From Eledone cirrhosa (Eukaryota), in contig OZ024740.1 of assembly GCA_964016885.1 (NCBI GenBank), positions 435,364,001 through 435,428,000 on the forward strand: a stretch of DNA of 64,000 nt. The letters run 5' to 3'. The position numbers were made by a program, and so were the translations under genes. Numbering within the stretch: position 1 is the stretch's first letter; each line of letters begins with the position of its first letter. The notes beneath the pieces were generated by a model, which was given only the letters and a program-made list of their open reading frames with translations, searched no databases and was not told the origin of the DNA. Shown piece after piece: positions 37,722 through 52,337 of the stretch.

Positions 37722-38481
37722 AAGGTGTGTAACGTGTGTATACTGTATATTTCTGGATGTGATGACTGGAGGAGAGAGAGAGAGAGAGAGCATGCAAGAA
37801 AGAGAAAGATATTTATGTGTAGAAAGAGAGAGGGAAGGGAGAGAGATATTCGAGGATGTCATAGTAGTCATATCCCTGGTATATTGTTATTGTCTAAGTG
37901 GTTGCAGATGGTTAGATCACATAGATGTACATGTTGAAACAAGCTGCTACTATAATTGTTTTTTAAAATAAATCAGTTACTACTGTTGATGTTGTTGTCA
38001 TGGTGGTGTAATGCCTTTCAATCCTGATTGAGCAAGCCTTATGTCACGTAGGTAATTAGCTGAATGATCAGCTACATTCCACAGGTGTATTGCTCTTGAT
38101 AGGCATATACCTAGCTGGAGATCCTCACTGAAGATCCAACGGGAGACAATCACTGAAGACTCTCCTGAGAGATCCCACTCTACACTCTATTATGTACAAC
38201 CTTATCATGTAGCAATCATCATCATCATTGTTTTTGCGTCCATTTTCCACCCTTGCATGGGTTTGATGGGTTCTTTTTAGCACAGCATCTCTTGTCTGAA
38301 CTCAGCAGATTACTTCCAGAGAATGATAGAAAGTGAGAGAGGAAGTGAGAAAGAGATATAGAGGGAGACCCCAGTACTAGACTGGTTCTTTCTTTTATAA
38401 ATCTCGAATGGTTGAAAGGCAAAAGTGACCTTGGTAAGATTTGAACTCAGTGATCAGAAAGCCAAAATGGATACCATAAAG

Positions 38482-38714
38482 CATTCTATCTGACATTCTA
38501 ACGACTCTACCATTCTATCTGACGTTCTAACGACTCTACCATTCTATCTGACGTTCTAACGACTCTACCATTCTATCTGACGTTCTAACGACTCTACCAT
38601 TCTATCTGACGTTCTAACGACTCTACCATTCTATCTGACATTCTAACGACTCTACCATTCTATCTGACGTTCTAACGACTCTACCATTCTATCTGACGTT
38701 CTAACGACTCTGCC
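38482..38714. repeat. 29-bp tandem repeat (8 copies) in the head of a minus-strand SINE
   Basis: CATTCTATCTGACGTTCTAACGACTCTAC. Adjoins the SINE A-like body at 38400-38480. Confidence 0.9.
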
Positions 38715-39094
38715 AATTCCTCACATTAATTATTTGATCAGAAGCACCAAAACAAATCTCTACAGTTTTCAACACTTTGCTAATATTAGAGAAATATTCT
38801 GCTGAACTTTGCTAATAATCACATCTAATATTTGAAGTTAATGCAATTATTTATTCACCAAGCATTTTTTGTGAATAAAAATAAAAAAAATATTGATTTT
38901 AAAATCTATCATTGTGCACTGCTGCATGATATTGATTGAAATATCAATAACTGATCACAATGTATTGGAATCATTTAATAATATTCTTAATTTAATGTTT
39001 ACTATTGTAATAAATATATGTATATGTTGTTAGAGAAGTTATCACCTGTTTTACTCATTACATAGACAGGACACCAGACCATCTCAGGGTTAAA

Positions 39095-39348
39095 GTCTGT
39101 CTCAAGCTCAGAGGCTCATCAGGTCGCTGCTTATCTCAGTTTCTGTGGTGTTAAGTAGCTGAGAGTACTTCCTCTGGACAAGACACCAGTCCATCTCAGA
39201 GTCAAACCGCTAGCTATTGTTGGTACTCATTTTCAGATGAGTATACTGGAGTACCAGAACACAACACACAACCCAGTCCATGATTCAAACCCACAACATT
39301 ATGACCGTAAGTCCAACACCCTTACCACTAGACCACACCCCTCCACAG
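39095..39348 (-). mobile_element. tRNA-derived SINE, family B
   Basis: Minus-strand A box TGGTCTAGTGG and B-box-like GGTTTGAATC. Body shared with 27790-27890. Confidence 0.65.
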
Positions 39349-39990
39349 AACACCCTTACCACTAGACCACATCCCTCCACAGAACACCCTTACCACTAGA
39401 CCACACCCCTTCACAGAACACCCTTACCACTAGACCACACACCTCCACAGAACACCCTTACCATTAGACCACATCCCTCCACAGAACACCCTTACCACTA
39501 GACCACACACCTCCACAGAACATCCTTACCACTAGACCACATCCCTCCACAGAACACCCTTACCACTAGACCACACCCCTTCACAGAACACCCTTACCAC
39601 TACACCACACCCCTCCACAGAACACCCTTACCACTAGACCACACCCCTCCACAGAACACCCTTACCACTAGACCACACCCCTCCACAGAACACCCTTACC
39701 ACTAGACCACATCCCTCCACAGAACACCCTTACCACTAGACCACACCCCTTCACAGAACACCCTTACCACTACACCACACCCCTCCACAGAACACCCTTA
39801 CCACTAGACCACACGCCTCCACAGAACACCCTTACCACTAGACCACACCCCTCCACAGAACACCCTTACCACTACATCACACCCCTCCACAGAACACCCT
39901 TACCACTAGACCACACACCTGCACAGAACACCCTTACCACTAGACCACACCCCTCCACAGAACACACCACTAGACCACATATCTCCACAT
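39315..39990. repeat. 34-bp minisatellite (about 20 copies) made of the SINE 5' end
   Basis: AACACCCTTACCACTAGACCACACCCCTCCACAG. Confidence 0.95.
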
Positions 39991-41501
39991 CCTTACATAT
40001 CTATCCTTTATTCTTTTACTGATTTCAGTCATCAAACTGCAACTACCCTGAGGAATAGTCTTCACCTTCAGGAGTTTAGTTGATTATATAAACCACAGCA
40101 TTTATTTCAGACTTGCCACATATTTTAACAATCTGTTTGTTGGATTGTTAAGTTATATTTTTACATTAACGTAAGTGTGGAAACATACAAACATTATTAT
40201 TATCAACATTGGTTTTATGTCCATTTTATCCATGACTGGGTTAGACAAGATCTCTTTTCTGGCAAGTTTTTCTATGGACAGATGCCATCCTATTGCTAAC
40301 CCATACCTTATTCTAAGTATGGTATAAACCACTGTTTTATTGCACTACAACACTTCTAGACATTTGATTCATAAGGTATATAAAGGTATTAATAGGTTGT
40401 TTGTGGTGACTTGCATACACACACACACTCATGCACACAACAGGCATCTTAGTTTCTGTCTTTCAAATACATACATAAGACATTGATCAGCCTGGCTCTA
40501 TACTTTCCCAATACAGTGGAACAGAGCCCCCTAACTCTGTGGTTCCAAAGGACACTTCTTAACCACACAACCATGCCCCAGGTATTAAGAAGGGCATCCA
40601 GCCATAGAAAGCTTGCAAAACAAAGCGCTGAGAGGACCCTTCAGTTGTGTCCAAGACATGACAACCTCTCTAGTGCTGGTACCATGATAAAATGTGGTAA
40701 AACCTGGAACCATATGTAAGCAAGATGCAAATCCCCAGTCTGTCTGGAATGTCAGTGGCCCCATGTCAGTACAGATGTGGTCTGTGAAGACCTGTACAAC
40801 TGTTGCTAGCAGGGAAACTGGTCATTAAATAGTGATGTGTGGAAGGCATTTGTCCAAAGAGCTATGCAGTGAGATCAAAACCCAAACCAATCACATGAAT
40901 TAAAATTACATGAAGGTGGATTTATTTATCAAACCCCACAAAAGGTTAAAAGGCAAAGCTTAACTTTTGTAGGATTTGAACTTGGAGCAGGAATCCAGAA
41001 CAAAAACTGCAAGGTATCTGATACTGTAATGACTCTGACAATTGGCTGCCTGTCTTTTATTACTAGAAATGATAAAAGGATGTAAAAAACAGATCTACTC
41101 TTTCTATAGATTTACAATAAGTAACCATTAAAACATTTGTGAGAAGTGTTTATCTTTTGTATTTTAATGTAGCTTAGATGTTTTTTTATTTGAAGTTTTT
41201 AAAGCTATTATCTATAATCCTTTACAACCATAAAGAAAGTTTGTTGGTAGACAATAGAATATCTGTAGACAACAGATCAATCAATTGATTTTGTTCATAG
41301 GTACAAGGTCTCATGATTGTTTTTCAGTGAGAAGAGAGAATAAGATGTTGTTCGTTCATTTCTAAAAAGGTTTTTTTTTTAATATATAAGAATTGTAATA
41401 ATCATCATCATCATCACCATCATTACCATCATCATCACTATGATGATGATGATCATCATCATCACCATCATTACCATCAACACCATCACCATCATCATCA
41501 T

Positions 41502-43408
41502 TGTTGTGTACGGATTCCCAAGTAAGAACAAGTGTAAAGATGGTAGGAAGTTGTATTAAACAACGTAAGTATAACTGTACGCAGGATGGCATGGAGCTGC
41601 AAGCAAAGCACGATGTACAGAGTATAGTGTCACGTTCACATGTGTGCATGCACACGTTGAGCCCAAGGTCTTATTGGACGGGTGAGCCAATCAATATGAA
41701 GACTGTGTGTGATTGGCCGATGAGTGGCCAATGAGTGGCTGGAACGTGTTACGTGTAATGAAAGAAAGGGAATAAATACGGATAGTCAAGAATAGGAAAG
41801 AAGCATTAATGTAGACACAACATTTACTCCCCTCTTTTTAAAGCTTTAAGCTTGAAAAAAAACTGGTGACTATTGTAGATTCGTCCATTTTCTAGTTGGT
41901 ATGTGCGAGGACAATGCAGTTGATGCTTGCGACTCCGTGCCATCCTGCGTACAGTTATACTTACGTTGTTTAATACAACTTCCTACCGTCTTTGCACTTG
42001 TTCTTACTTGGGAATCCATACACAACAATTGGCGTCGCCGAGGTTACCTGTTATTTTTTTCACAAATTGGATCATTTTCTGAAAACTCAGTATGAATCAA
42101 CCCCCTTGGATTACTTCTGGGTTGATGAATTCGTCCGACCACGCAGAAATGGACATCGTGGAAAAAGGAATTGTTCAACTACTTCAGCCTTCTTCCGGTG
42201 TTCAACCCATCCATTGCGCTGACAGACGACTCCAAATTAGCCTTAATGCGCCATTATCTTGGTGAAGCCGGTCGCCAGGAGTTCGACTGCCACAATTTCA
42301 AGAATATGGACGCAGCTATTTACGAACTTGATCGCCTGTGGGGGACAACACAAAACGTTTTCTTCACGAAGCATCAATCCAGTCGCCTTCAACAAGACCG
42401 CTATGAGTTGGCTGATAGTTTTATCTTAAAACTGCGCAAAAAGTTACTGAATGTGAATACAAAAGTCTAACTAAGTCCAAAATTAAAGACGCTATGTTAA
42501 TGCAGCAACTAATCTCCGGCATTGAAAGCGGTAGTACATGAGAGGCGCTTTTAAATGAGGATTCGCGCACCTTGTCTTTCGACAAAGCCTGTAATATAGT
42601 TCGCTGCAAAGAAAGCATTAAGTCTCAAGTGAAGACTTTCAAACAAGAACAGCATAATATTGATAAGGTTGCTCTAGAGCAAAGTAAAATTTCAATGCAA
42701 TCCAACAGCAAATGTTTCTGCTGTGGGAATCCTGGTCATAAGGTGACCTTTCCCCAATGCCCCACCAAAAATTCAATTTGTCGGAACTGTGGGAAGAGGG
42801 GTCATTTTGCCAAGTGCTGGCGTAGCAAAACAGTTCACCGTATTGAAGAAGCAATAGAAACCAAAAACGATGTTACAATATATTCAATCATCAGTCAGCT
42901 TACTGCCGAGAATGATCATGATCCTAAGCTTCCTAAAGCCGATTGTCGGCACGTTAGTCGGCTGATGGTAAAAATGCCATGTTATTGATGGAGCTCGATT
43001 CAGCATCTCCAATTACCATAACCCCTGAAACTTTTTATCAGTCACACTTCAGTCAGTCGCCTTTACTTCGTACCGCCCACAAGTTCTTGAGCTATTCTTA
43101 TGACTCTGTCGGCATTCGTGGATTTTTCGTCGCCAACATTCAGGTAGAAATGAATTCCGCCTATAAGATTGCAGTTTATGTTGGCCCAAGGTAAACCGTT
43201 GTTAGGTCGTAACACCAGGGTCCCACTTAGAATCTCACCGCATTGAGACCAAGGTCTTATTGGATGGGCGAGCCAATCAATATGAAGACTGTGTGTGATT
43301 GGCAGATGAGTGGCCAATAAGTGGCTGGAACGTGTTACGTGTAATGAAAGAAAGGGAATAAATATGGATAGGTGAGAATAGGAAAGAAGCATTAATGTAG
43401 ACACAACA
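41502..43408 (-). mobile_element. Ty3/Gypsy LTR retrotransposon, internally inverted and deleted
   Basis: LTR 41502-41822 (TGTTGTGT...ACACAACA). Minus-strand PPT at 41823-41839. Partial LTR at 43241-43408. 5-bp TSD ATCAT. Inserted in a (CAT)n tract. Confidence 0.9.
42092..43215 (+). pseudogene. Degenerate Gypsy gag-protease (Mag-like)
   Basis: Follows an LTR end (42027) and PBS TGGCGTCGCCG (42030). Tandem knuckles CFCCGNPGH..C and CRNCGKRGHFAKC, protease MELDSAS, multiple stops and frameshifts. Confidence 0.85.
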
Positions 43409-44619
43409 ATCATCACCACCATCATCATCATCATCATCATCACCATCGTCATCACCACCATCGCCATCATCATCATCATCATCATCATCACTACCACCAT
43501 CATTATCACCATCATTATCATCATCACCACCATCATCATCATCTTTTAAGTGAAGTAAAAAAAATAGCAACAGCCAGAAAATGGAACCAGGTCATAAAAA
43601 AGGTAACATTTAACACTCCAGCACTTCTCAGTACACTTTACCGTTACAATAATAATAATAATAAACGCTCTAATGATTCTGCCAATCCACCACCCTAAGC
43701 TACAATATAATAATAAGGATGATAATAATGACTTCATTTGTAAACACCAGTTTCCCACGCTTTTCAGTCTATATCTAAAGTTTGTTCATGTTTCTTTAGG
43801 TCAGAATTGGTGCAAGTTTTTTGTTGTTTAGCACCCAGTCCTGAAGAGAGCTGTAATGAAAGGTAGAAAGCTGTCCCAACAATAATTATATCACCTTTCT
43901 CTATATCTAGAAATATATTGTCCAATGTGGCATTTCTTTAAAGAAGGGTAGGGTGTGATTTTTACACCAGGAGAGTGGATGGGCTCCACCAGGTTTTAAA
44001 ATGTCCTAGAAACGTCATATAGTAATGGTAGTAGTAGCAATAGTAGTGGTAGTAGCAGTGATGGTAGTAGTAGTAGTGGTTGTTTTAGTAGTAGTAGCAG
44101 CAGTAGTAATAGTGGCGCAAGACTTGACAAACTGTACAATATCTGGCTGGTTGTGAGACTACCATGAGAGATGACAAACTGTTGTGAGACTAGCATGAGA
44201 CTTGACAAACTGTTGTGAGATTACCACGAGACTTGACAAACTGTTGTAAGACTAGCACGAGACTTGACAAACTGTACGATATCTGGTTGGTTGTGAGTCT
44301 TGACAAACTCAATAATATCTGGCTTGTTGTGATGTGTTTAACAGTCAATTACTAAATATATTTTTGTCATGTTATTTACTCTGCTATTTTCATATTTTTC
44401 TTTCTATCTTGGTTTGAATGAAGCAGTTTTCTGTTAGAGTAATTACTTGAGAAGTTGAGTAAGATATCTTACCCTTGAGGATATAACAACAAATGACTAT
44501 TACACAGGTTGAATCTATGATAAATGAACATTAAGGTTTCATTCAACCTTTGCTTATTAAATACTCAACCTTTCTTTATCTATCTTAGCTTATCCATCAC
44601 CCTCAGGTGAGACAGCAAG

Positions 44620-44930
44620 CACAACTTCAAGCCAACTATCTCTGTTTCCCATCAAAGTTTGTAGGTTTTCTTTGTCAGTTCCAGTGTCTCTTGCTAAGGT
44701 ATCCTGGTATCTGAACTTTTTAGTGCAGGAGATCTCCCTCAACAAGAGGTCAAGTCTGAAGCCATCTCATCTTTTACACAGAAGCAGTGACCAGCAAACC
44801 TGGTAGAACGTTCAATGAGTCCTACACTTAATTTTGTCTGAAATGTTATGGTCTCTGCTACACTTCTTTCAATATATGTTTCACATATTGGCTTGACTAT
44901 CCTTGCACTCTGGTGCCATATCTCAGAAAC
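44620..44930 (-). mobile_element. Old RTE-like ORF C-terminus relic
   Basis: Minus strand RFAGHCF...DTLARDTG...LMGNRDSW. Confidence 0.6.
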
Positions 44931-44980
44931 AATCTTAGAAATATATCAACTAAACAAACATGTTTTATGGTCATGTACTA

Positions 44981-45178
44981 CAAGAGTCAGCTGAAAAGTT
45001 CATAGGCTGATTAAGATGCTCTCATGGAATGACCAAATGAGGTTTATTTTTCAACATAGTCTCTGGAAAGAAACAATGCAGTTATTAATAATAAGAATTG
45101 AGATTAATGCATGTAAGATTTCACAGCTCTAGCATCACTCCTTCATATTCAGCCTAGGAACACTTCAGTCCACCCTTG
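44981..45178. mobile_element. Tc1/mariner-type MITE
   Basis: TA flanks and TIRs CAAGAGTCAGCTGAAAAGTTC... Same family as 59023-59237. Confidence 0.75.
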
Positions 45179-45583
45179 TATATTATTTATATAAAATTCT
45201 GTTTGATTCACCACCAGCCATTTATTTTAGCTCTGCAAATTATTCTAGTTACCTCATGACATTAAGATATTTTACTGTATAAAACATCTCGCCATGTTAT
45301 GTTCAATACCTCCCAGGAGTGTATTTTCAATGTGTGCCAAATATACAATATGAAGCCACAAATGTCACAGAATTATTTAATATAACTTATTACTATAATT
45401 TATAAGTATATATTATTGTAAATGTGAATACTATTTTGTTTGTACAAGTATTGACTGTTGTACCAGAAACCTACATCATTATATGAGAAAGGTGTGTGGT
45501 GAGAATAGAGTAACCATCCATTATAGAGTATGTGGCTTTCAACAACTGTCAGCTGTTTATCATAAACCTGCCTCTGATGTATG

Positions 45584-45624
<41 letters not shown>

Positions 45625-46049
45625 TGGCACTTACTCAAAATAACTAACCACACACATGTATTTTCTCTGAAAACATTTTTTCCCTGTTTCTTCTTCTTAC
45701 TCTTGTCTATCTTTCTATTTCTTCTTTTATCTCTCTTTCTATGAGAGATGAAGGACTAGCGTCCAAAACGTTAAGACTCTTCTCTTACTATATCAAGTGT
45801 TAAACTAATATATATCTTCATTCTACTGTATCATTCCCCTGTGTTGTTTTTTTTCTTTTACTTTTCACGTATATCATCACTATTACCATCATCAGTGTTT
45901 AACTTTTATTTTCCATACTTATATGGAAATTTACCACCAATATCACACATCTTCAGACAAAGAAGATTAGTTGGACATTGCTGGGAACTGAAGCAGGAGT
46001 ACGCAAATGTTGATAGACCACATTGAACCTACATAACGCAACTGTCTGA

Positions 46050-48177
46050 CGATTCTGAATACACCAAGGAGACCTAGCATGGGTAATGAGGATTCTGAGT
46101 GTACCTGAGGAGACCTAGCATGGGTAATGAGGATTCTGTGTGTTCCTGAGAAGATCTAGCATGGGTAATGAGGATTCTGAGTGTACCTGAGGAGACCTAG
46201 CATGGGTAATGAGGATTCTGAGTGTACCTGAGAAGACCGAGCATGGGTAATGAGGATTCTGAGTGTACCTGAGAAGACTTAGCATGGGTAATGAGGATTC
46301 TGAGTGTACCTGAGGAGACCTAGCATGGGTAATGAGAATTCTGAGTGTACCTGAGAAGACCTAGCATGGGTAATGAGGATTCTGAGTGTACCTGAGGAGA
46401 CCTAGCATGGGTAATGAGGATTCTGAGTGTACCTGAGAAGACCTAGCATGGGTAATGAGGATTCTGAGTGTACCTGAGAAGACCTAGCATGGGTAATGAG
46501 GATTCTGTGTGTACCTGAGGAGACCTAGCATGGGTAATGAGGATTCTGAGTGTACCTGAGGAGACCTAGCATGGGTAATGAGGATTCTGAGTGTACCTGA
46601 GAAGACCTAGCATGGGTAATGAGGATTCTGAGTGTACCTGAGAAGACCTAGCATGGGTAATGAGGATTCTGTGTGTTCCTGAGGAGACCTAGCATGGGTA
46701 ATGAGGATTCTGAGTGTACCTGAGAAGACCTAGCATGGGTAATGAGGATTCTGAGTGTACCTAAGGAGACCTAGCATGGGTAATGAGGATTCTGAGTGTA
46801 CCTGAGGAGACCTAGCATGGGTAATGAGGATTCTGAGTGTACCTGAGAAGACCTAGCATGGGTAATGAGGATTCTGAGTGTACCTGAGAAGACCTAGCAT
46901 GGGTAATGAGGATTCTGAGTGTACCTGAGAAGACCTAGCATGGGTAATGAGGATTCTGAGTGTACCTGAGGAGACCTAGCATGGGTAATGAGGATTCTGA
47001 GTGTACCTGAGGAGACCTAGCATGGGTAATGAGGATTCTGAGTGTACCTGAGGAGACCTAGCATGGGTAATGAGGATTCTGAGTGTTCCTGAGGAGACCT
47101 AGCATGGGTAATGAGGATTCTGAGTGTACCTGAGAAGACCTAGCATGGGTAATGAGGATTCTGAGTGTACCTGAGAAGACCTAGCATGGGTAATGAGGAT
47201 TCTGAGTGTACCTGAGGAGACCTAGCATGGGTAATGAGGATTCTGAGTGTACCTGAGAAGACCTAGCATGGGTAATGAGGATTCTGAGTGTACCTGAGGA
47301 GACCTAGCATGGGTAATGAGGATTCTGAGTGTACCTGAGAAGACCTAGCATGGGTAATGAGGATTCTGAGTGTACCTGAGGAGACCTAGCATGGGTAATG
47401 AGGATTCTGAGTGTACCTGAGAAGACCTAGCATGGGTAATGAGGATTCTGTGTGTTCCTGAGGAGACCTAGCATGGGTAATGAGGATTCTGTGTGTTCCT
47501 GAGGAGACCTAGCATGGGTAATGAGGATTCTGAGTGTTCCTGAGGAGACCTAGCATGGGTAATGAGGATTCTGTGTGTACCTGAGGAGACCTAGCATGGG
47601 TAATGAGGATTCTGTGTGTTCCTGAGGAGACCTAGCATGGGTAATGAGGATTCTGTGTGTTCCTGAGGAGACCTAGCATGGGTAATGAGGATTCTGAGTG
47701 TACCTGAGGAGACCTAGCATGGGTAATGAGGATTCTGAGTGTTCCTGAGGAGACCTAGCATGGGTAATGAGGATTCTGAGTGTACCTGAGGAGACCTAGC
47801 ATGGGTAATGAGGATTCTGTGTGTTCCTGAGGAGACTTAGCATGGGTAATGAGGATTCTGTGTGTTCCTGAGGAGACCTAGCATGGGTAATGAGGATTCT
47901 GAGTGTACCTGAGAAGACCTAGCATGGGTAATGAGGATTCTGTGTGTTCCTGAGGAGACCTAGCATGGGTAATGAGGATTCTGTGTGTTCCTGAGGAGAC
48001 CTAGCATGGGTAATGAGGATTCTGTGTGTTCCTGAGGAGACCTAGCATGGGTAATGAGGATTCTGTGTGTACCTGAGGAGACCTAGCATGGGTAATGAGG
48101 ATTCTATGTTCCTGAGGAGACCTAGCATGGGTAATGAGGATTCTGTGTGTACCTGAGGAGACCTAGCATGGGTAATG
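46050..48177. repeat. 41-bp satellite, about 51 copies
   Basis: GAGGATTCTGWGTGTWCCTGAGRAGACCTAGCATGGGTAAT, embedded in an old RTE-like end (RQRRLVGHCW at about 45955). Confidence 0.97.
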
Positions 48178-48756
48178 GTTGACTGAGCAGGCTGGAGGGA
48201 ATAAGTCATGGTGATCCGTGCAATAAACCATGCTAGATGATAATGGTGGTAAGCACATGGTCAGTTATGATCAAGCAGACCTATGATGAAAAACATTCCA
48301 GTTGCAAACATTTGTTAATATTTTATATTTTTGGACAAAGTACATCCTTGGTTATAATATCATTTTTATGGGTATAAAGTAGGGATTGATAGAGATTTGG
48401 CTGGTATTTCTAGCAGGTTAGGTCATAAGAGTCTGTGTTGGGAGTGATGGTGGTCATAAGGAAGCAATAGTAGTGGTGCTCAAAGTAGCAATGATGTTGA
48501 TGATGGTGATAAGTGTATCATTGGGGGGGGGGGGGGGTGCGGATGTTTGTAATTTTCTGAGAAAAATGACGTTTTAGAGAGTGTACAGGGTGCATTTTTT
48601 GTAACACCAGCACAACTACTTTACAAACTTGACTAGGTATATTCTATGATGGCAGCAACACTAACAATTTATAGGATGTACTATGTATGTATACACATAT
48701 ACATAAATATATAGACAGCAACACTAATAATTTATAGAGTGTACTATGTATATATA

Positions 48757-48946
48757 TCATCATCATCGTTTAACGTCTATCTTCCACGGGAATTGCCCCA
48801 TTTGAGGTGATCGTGTCTTGCTCGTATAGGACTGTCTGGCAGGTTTTCTATGGCTGGATGCCCTTCCTAACACCAACCACATTTACAGTGTAGACATGGA
48901 GCTTTTTACCGTGTTACCTACACGGCCACATTACAGTGTGGACTGT
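48757..48946 (-). mobile_element. RTE subfamily-2 3' tail fragment
   Basis: ATC tail and GCTGGATGCCCTTCCTAACACCAACC. Similar to 55906 and 62770. Confidence 0.75.
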
Positions 48947-48964
48947 GTATGTATGTATATATAT

Positions 48965-49840
<876 letters not shown>

Positions 49841-49856
49841 GCAACATTATTTACAG

Positions 49857-49908
<52 letters not shown>

Positions 49909-50289
49909 GCAACATTATTTACAGGGTATACTATGTATATATACATACACATAAATATATTGACAGTAACACTAACAATTTACAGGGTGTACTATGTACA
50001 TATACATAGTACATAAATATATAAACAGTGGTAGAATAAGGAAATTAAATCTTCAAATTACCCAGTACATTACTGGTACTTTATTTGATTATGATATAAC
50101 AGATTACATGTAGAAACATAAAGTGTCTTTAAATGGTGTTATCATGTGGTAATGATGTATGCAACATGTGGTAGATGCTGATAAGGAAGTACTTCATATT
50201 TGATGCTGTTTGAAGTTACCTCATGTTTTTATAACACTGGCGTCTGTATATTTTTCTTTCATTAACCTAAATACACCAGTTTCGAAGGG

Positions 50290-50545
50290 CTGTTGTTTTC
50301 TGTAGCAACCAGGCCCCACTTTGATATTGTCTCCAATTTTTTTAAAAGTAGCTTTCAATTCTGGTGTTTATAGTGCTGAGCACCCCACCTACAACTGGGA
50401 TCACCTCAACTGTTTTCATTGCCCACAAATGTTTTATCTCACATGCTAGGGGTTCATATCTTTCAACATTCAGTTTTTTGTCAGAAACCTTCAATTGTCA
50501 GTGGGACAAGCCCACATCTAGAATGAAACATTGTTTGTCAACTTA
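50290..50545 (-). mobile_element. R4/Dong-like restriction-like endonuclease relic
   Basis: Minus strand VERYEPLACEIKHLWAMKTVEVIPVVGGVLSTI, preceded by a frameshifted D-V-x-C-P. Confidence 0.6.
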
Positions 50546-50585
50546 GTTGATCACATTAGACCATAATTATTATTGTTATTGTTAG

Positions 50586-51030
50586 AGTGGTGGATTGGTA
50601 GTATCCCTAGAATATTGGACATGTCTTACAGAATATAGTTACAGCCCTTTATATTCTCACTTCCACTGAGGTTAGCTTCGCCTTTTATCCTGATGTGGCC
50701 AATAAAATAAAGCACCAGTAATGTATTGAGGTCAATTTAATCAATTTTCCCATTGTGTTCATTTAAATTGCTGGCCTTGTGCCTGAGGTAGAAACAATTA
50801 TTATTATTATTGATGTTTAAGGCCAGTTGATTGACAGAATTGGTAGAGTTTCAGACTAAATGTTTTGAAGAATTTAGTTCCAACTTTCTACATTGTCAGT
50901 TTAAATCCCACTGAGGTCAACTTTGCCTTTCATTCTTCTGAGTTTGATAACATAAAATACCGGTTAGATACTGGGGTTGACATATTCAACTTTCTAATTC
51001 CTCGAAATTGCTGATCTTGTGCCAATATTA
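50586..51030 (+). mobile_element. Two older SINE A-like copies in tandem
   Basis: Each has a CTGAGGT...GCCTTT..ATAAAA..ACC body and a TTGCTG..CTTGTGCC end. Confidence 0.65.
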
Positions 51031-51347
51031 GAGTTATTTTAAACCAACTTTTCTATTTTTCAGTAATTTGTAGTTTTGTTTGTTTTTACAACAGCTTTTA
51101 AAAAGTTATTTTCTAATTTAAGTTTTCAGGAGAAAATATTTCACATTTTTTGTAAACATTTTCTGACTTGTGGAAGTCTTTTACACTTTTCTCCTGGGGC
51201 TCCCCCCTCCTCCTCCTCTCCTTCATCCTCATCCCTCTCCTCGCCCCCTCCTCATCCTCCTCCTCCTCCTCCCAACTTTCCCTTTTCTTTGTTGTTATTT
51301 ACCCAGAATTCTTAAAGCAGCTAAAAAATGTTCATCAACAATATCAA

Positions 51348-52269
51348 TACCACCACCACTACCACCACCACCACCACTACCACCACTGCCACTACTACCA
51401 CCACCACTACCACCACTGCCACTACCACCGCCACTACCACCACCACCACTACCACCACCACCACCACTGCCACTGCCACTACTACCGCCACCACTACCTC
51501 CACTGCCACTACCACCACCACTGCCACTGCCACCACCACCACCACTGCCACTACCACCGCCACTGCCACTGCCACCACCACCACCACCACTGCCACTGCT
51601 ACCACCACCACCACCGCCACTACCACTGCCACTGCCACCACCACCACCACAACCACCACTGCCACTGCCACCACCGCCACTGCCACTGCCACCACCACTG
51701 CCACTACCACCACTGCCACCACCACCACCACCACTGCCACTGCTACCACCACCACCACCGCCACTACCACTGCCACTGCCACCACCACCACCACAACCAC
51801 CACTGCCACTGCCACCACCACCACCGCCACTGCCACTGCCACCACCACTGCCACTACCACCACTGCCACTGCCACCACCACCACCACTGCCACTACCACC
51901 ACCACTGCCACTGCCACCACCACCACTACCACCACCACTGCCACTGCCACTGCTACCACCACCACCACCGCCACTGTCACTGCCACCACCACTGCCACCA
52001 CCACCACCACCACCACAACCACCACTGCCACTGCTACCACCACCACCACCACCACTTCCACTGCCACCACCACCACCACCACCACCACTGCCACTGCTGC
52101 CACCACCACCACTGCCACCACCGCCACAACCACCGCCACCGCCACCACCGCCACCACCACCACCACCGCCACCACCTCTACACCACCACCACCTCTACCA
52201 CTACCACCACCACCACCTTTACCACCACCACCACCACCACCACCGCCACCACTGCCACCACTATCACCA
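51348..52269. repeat. (CCA/CTA/CTG)n trinucleotide array
   Basis: Produces spurious poly-Pro, poly-His and poly-Thr ORFs. Confidence 0.95.
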
Positions 52270-52337
52270 CAGATTCACAGCTATGACGAAATAGAAAAAT
52301 ATTTAAAATTATTGAAAACATAAATGTGGTCTGTTTA

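Noticed and set aside
51168-52323. Long Pro-rich (formin/extensin-like), His/Cys-rich and Thr-rich ORFs
   Set aside because: All frames are open because of a stop-free trinucleotide array. No flanking domain or splice evidence.
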